Below are positions 62,690-64,000 of a stretch of 64,000 nucleotides of DNA, one piece after another (the first letter of the stretch is position 1; every line of letters begins with the position of its first letter). This DNA is from Squalus acanthias (taxonomy: Eukaryota): contig CM059432.1 in assembly GCA_030390025.1 (NCBI GenBank), positions 62,994,001-63,058,000 on the forward strand, written 5' to 3'. Position numbers and translations under genes: made by a program. A model generated the notes under the pieces. The model saw only the letters and a program-made list of their open reading frames with translations. It was not told the origin of the DNA and made no database searches.

Positions 62690-63904
62690 GCCTATAATCA
62701 CTTCCAGTAGCAGCAGGAGTCGGGCAGGAGAGGGGAAAGAGACATTCATTCATAAACACAGACACATGGACCACAGTGGCCTCCAAAACATCAAACACGG
62801 ATGCTTGGCACGTATGAATCGCCATCTTTTCACCTTCATCTCCTGCAAAGTGCATAGACCCAAGGATTGCAGATATGCCAATTGTGGTATTGCTACCGGA
62901 TCAAATATAGCCTTGTGCTAAGCTCACACACTCACTTCAGATAGATGGAAAATATTATAGGATTCAGCAGACTCAAAAACAACTAATCAAATACATTTAC
63001 AAAATCAGATAGAGTAAGAGAATGCAGTAAAACAGTTCAATACTAGAGCAGTAAGATTTATAACACAGAGTGCTCACCAGCCCTCGTCCAGCAGTTAGAA
63101 TGGACTCTTGGAATTAAAAGGGTCTCCTGGAATTAAGCAAAGTTCTGAGAACTGGCACAGTGAAAGTTAACAGTCTTCTTCCTCTTATTGCCCTTGGAAA
63201 CAGACTGTTGTCTTGCTTCAGGTAGGAAGTTTCATGCTCACCATGTACTTTTGACTGAACGGTTTCCATGAACCAGCAAAAACTAAATAATCTACAAACA
63301 GAGCCTGCTTTTCACCACTTTATTTATTTGAAGAAGGAAAATAGATGAATTTGAAAGATATTACCAAACCAAACTGTAATGTGACTTTAAGACAGTCCAT
63401 GGCCACTTTCACAAAAATCAGTTAGCCAGTCTTAACAAGGAACCACAACAAAATCACCATTTGAGTCCGGTTTTACATAATGATGAAATTCATAGGGCAA
63501 ATTTAGTGAGGGGTGCTCACAGGATAGAGCCTAGCTAGACAGGGGCATGAGTCCAAGATAGATTCATGACACTACAGCCTTGATTTTCTCATTCATGCTC
63601 CCCATTCAGTAAGGATAATATTTGGGAGCATAACTTCGCTAAATAACCCTCATATAAACAATTTCTTATCCTGAATTGGATGAATTTACAGAACTCCCAC
63701 CTATTAATACCTGCAAATTGTCGGAGCTGGCATTTACATTTAACATGTTAATTAATTAAGGTGGCGCCCCAGGGTTATAAAGGCAAACCTTCTATGACGT
63801 AAAAGAGAAATCACCATTTGATTCTGGTTTTACATAATGATGAAATTCATAGGGCATACCCTTTGCTTTTAACTCTTGGAGGATTGTTGCTTTTGTTACA
63901 TGCA
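62690..63904 (-). CDS. Candidate spliced exons of an unidentified host gene: 63904-63860, 63291-63242, 63126-63078 and 62842-(end uncertain)
   Basis: AG acceptors at all four and GT donors at the first three; they join in one open frame: HVTKATILQELKAKDYLVFAGSWKPFSQKYMETLLIPRVHSNCWTRAGDEGEKMAIHTCQASVFDVLEATVVH. Confidence 0.45.
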
Positions 63905-64000
63905 CTAAAAATAAACAGCACAATTTTCACAACACGTGACAGTCAAAACTTAAAAATCATAGGATTTCTCTTTGGATTTCAATATATTCATGAGGGGCAA

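Overview
Repeat-dominated vertebrate genomic DNA, most likely a cartilaginous fish (shark). This is inferred from an HE1-type V-SINE, Deu-domain SINEs and dense CR1/Penelope/Harbinger content. There are no prokaryotic features. The window holds at least two CR1 LINE families (one copy near full length), L2 fragments, and about a dozen PIF/Harbinger elements and MITEs with 3-bp target-site duplications (TSDs), some carrying transposase or Myb/SANT remnants. It also has one hAT MITE, two independent ~1.6-1.7 kb solo LTRs with 4-bp TSDs, a nested Penelope (RT + GIY-YIG) cluster and a 28-bp minisatellite. Highlights: (1) five minimal hammerhead-ribozyme motifs in Penelope-type sequence, including a 127-bp TSD-flanked ribozyme-headed insert and a perfect 95-bp-arm palindrome; (2) a U_UUA_AAC slippery heptamer at the ORF1 stop of two CR1 families, whose -1 frame runs toward ORF2 and keeps a shared FKLxWQG motif; (3) long solo LTRs with an apparent ~850-nt R region and paired E2F sites; (4) Penelope inside Penelope inside a Harbinger transposase; (5) four small in-frame minus-strand exon candidates of an unidentified host gene at the right end. 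All calls are by eye, with no database searches.
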